Part shown: in pieces, positions 23,460 to 24,000 of the stretch
Layout of the letters: every line of letters begins with the position of its first letter
How positions within the stretch are numbered: position 1 is the stretch's first letter
NCBI GenBank assembly: GCA_026002795.1
Contig: BPGA01000001.1
Span: forward strand, 331,759-355,758
Direction of reading: 5' to 3'
Source: Candidatus Pacearchaeota archaeon
Lineage (GTDB): Archaea; Nanobdellota; Nanobdellia; Pacearchaeales; GW2011-AR1
Length of the DNA stretch: 24,000 nt
Position numbers and translations under genes: made by a program
The notes under the pieces: model-generated
Told to the model about the DNA's origin: nothing
The model's database searches: none
What the model saw: the letters and a program-made list of their open reading frames with translations, nothing else

Positions 23460-23621
23460 TTATTTTTTTCTCAAAGGCCTAAAGGCCTTTCTTTTACATT
23501 TTCTACACTTAACTTTTCCTTTTAAGATTTTTTGAGGATCTGCTCTTATTTTTGCATTACAGCTTTTACAGACAAAAACATTTTTAAAAAGTCTTTTTTG
23601 AGCCTCTAGAATTTTTGCCAT
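23460..23621 (-). CDS. rpl40e: Ribosomal protein eL40 (L40e), 53 aa; not in the ORF track
   Basis: Hand translation gives MAKILEAQKRLFKNVFVCKSCNAKIRADPQKILKGKVKCRKCKRKAFRPLRKK. The C..C...C(R/K)KC zinc ribbon followed by (L/F)RP(K/L) matches archaeal L40e. Its ATG lies 1 nt after the aIF5A stop. Confidence 0.8.
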   Translation of the reverse strand: MAKILEAQKRLFKNVFVCKSCNAKIRADPQKILKGKVKCRKCKRKAFRPLRKK

Positions 23622-23622
23622 T

Positions 23623-24000
23623 TTATAACTTTCTCTTTATTATTTTTCTACCTTCAATATCCCAATACTCTACATTATCTCCTTCTTTTAGGTTTTCTAT
23701 ATCTTGCGGAACATCAATGTCAAAACTTTCAAAATTTTCAAGATCCATGACAGTTGCAGCATTTACAGATATAGAAAGTATTTGTGCTTTTCTTTTATCA
23801 ACTAAAGGAACATTAAATCTTTCGTGGCCTGGAACAACAATTATTTTTTTCTGATTGTTAATTATTCCTATTGCTTCTATCCTACATTTGCTTGCTCCGT
23901 GTTTTCCTGTTTTGCTTATATCAATTGTTTTTACGGTGTATGGTTCAGAGTCAATCATTATGTTTGTACCTGGCTTAATGTCTGTTGCATCAATTAATTT
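23623..24000 (-). CDS. eif5a: Translation initiation factor aIF5A (hypusine-containing); the N-terminus runs off the window edge
   Basis: The hypusination loop SKTGKHGASKCRIEAIGI and an OB-fold C-domain (VPLVDKRKAQILSI...VMDLENFESFDI...EGDNVEYWDIEGRKII) are present. The frame stays open to base 24000 (..KLIDATDIKPGTNIMIDSEPY), so the listed Met at 23958 is internal. Confidence 0.85.
   Translation of the reverse strand, partial: KLIDATDIKPGTNIMIDSEPYTVKTIDISKTGKHGASKCRIEAIGIINNQKKIIVVPGHERFNVPLVDKRKAQILSISVNAATVMDLENFESFDIDVPQDIENLKEGDNVEYWDIEGRKIIKRKL

Noticed and set aside
23473-23490. AAAGGCCTAAAGGCCTTT direct/inverted repeat, considered as a possible terminator hairpin or protein-binding palindrome
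   Set aside because: It lies within the eL40 coding sequence and encodes the conserved KAFRPL segment. A 5-bp GGCC stem alone is weak evidence. A role as an intrinsic structure near the 3' end cannot be excluded, but coding constraint explains the repeat.
23615-23854. 79-aa plus-strand ORF antisense to aIF5A
   Set aside because: It lies opposite the hypusine-loop-containing aIF5A CDS.
1-24000. CRISPR arrays, defence islands, toxin-antitoxin pairs, rRNA, SRP RNA or RNase P RNA
   Set aside because: There are no regularly spaced repeats and no cas-like, restriction-modification or TA-like ORFs. The only GC-rich islands in this AT-rich sequence are the three tRNAs and short coding segments.

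Overview
The window reads as a compact, visibly AT-rich archaeal chromosome segment. My by-eye guess is 25-30% GC, and the gene content and small protein sizes suggest a DPANN-type lineage. It is almost entirely housekeeping. Translation genes: aEF-1beta, aIF2-alpha, aIF5A, uS15, the uL1-uL10(P0)-P1 stalk operon, eL40, Nop10, ThiI and three tRNAs. Protein targeting and envelope genes: SRP54, FtsY, an A24 prepilin peptidase, an S2P protease, VKOR, DedA and an MFS transporter. DNA replication and repair genes: RPA, RadA, EndoQ, a RecJ/GAN-like DHH nuclease, a GINS51-like subunit and a membrane-anchored Hjc-related nuclease. Also present are Bud32, apgM, a Nudix hydrolase, a HIT-like protein, a MinD/ParA ATPase and a YbaK-like domain. 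Two conserved small genes are absent from the ORF track and were found by hand translation: nop10 at 4168..4314 and rpl40e at 23460..23621. Three tRNAs were folded by hand: Arg-GCG, Gln-UUG and Thr-CGU. I see no CRISPR array, transposase, integrase or recognisable defence or toxin module, and I cannot honestly point to a convincing novel multi-gene system. The observations most worth follow-up are: (1) a small ORF with a bacterial bS6-like core motif sitting where L11 is expected upstream of L1; (2) its divergent partner, a 116-aa Rossmann/CARF-like mini-protein; (3) an unusually long ORF-free gap of about 270 bp with nested inverted repeats that ends in ACA plus a T-run, a candidate ncRNA; (4) a co-directional block of RPA, membrane nuclease, RadA and EndoQ; (5) a truncated stalk protein P0; (6) a HIT-fold protein with a degenerate histidine triad; (7) a leadered L1 mRNA with a hairpin, in contrast to leaderless genes carrying TTTATAAA at a fixed distance from the ATG. 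All functional calls rest on hand-recognised motifs. No database search was possible.
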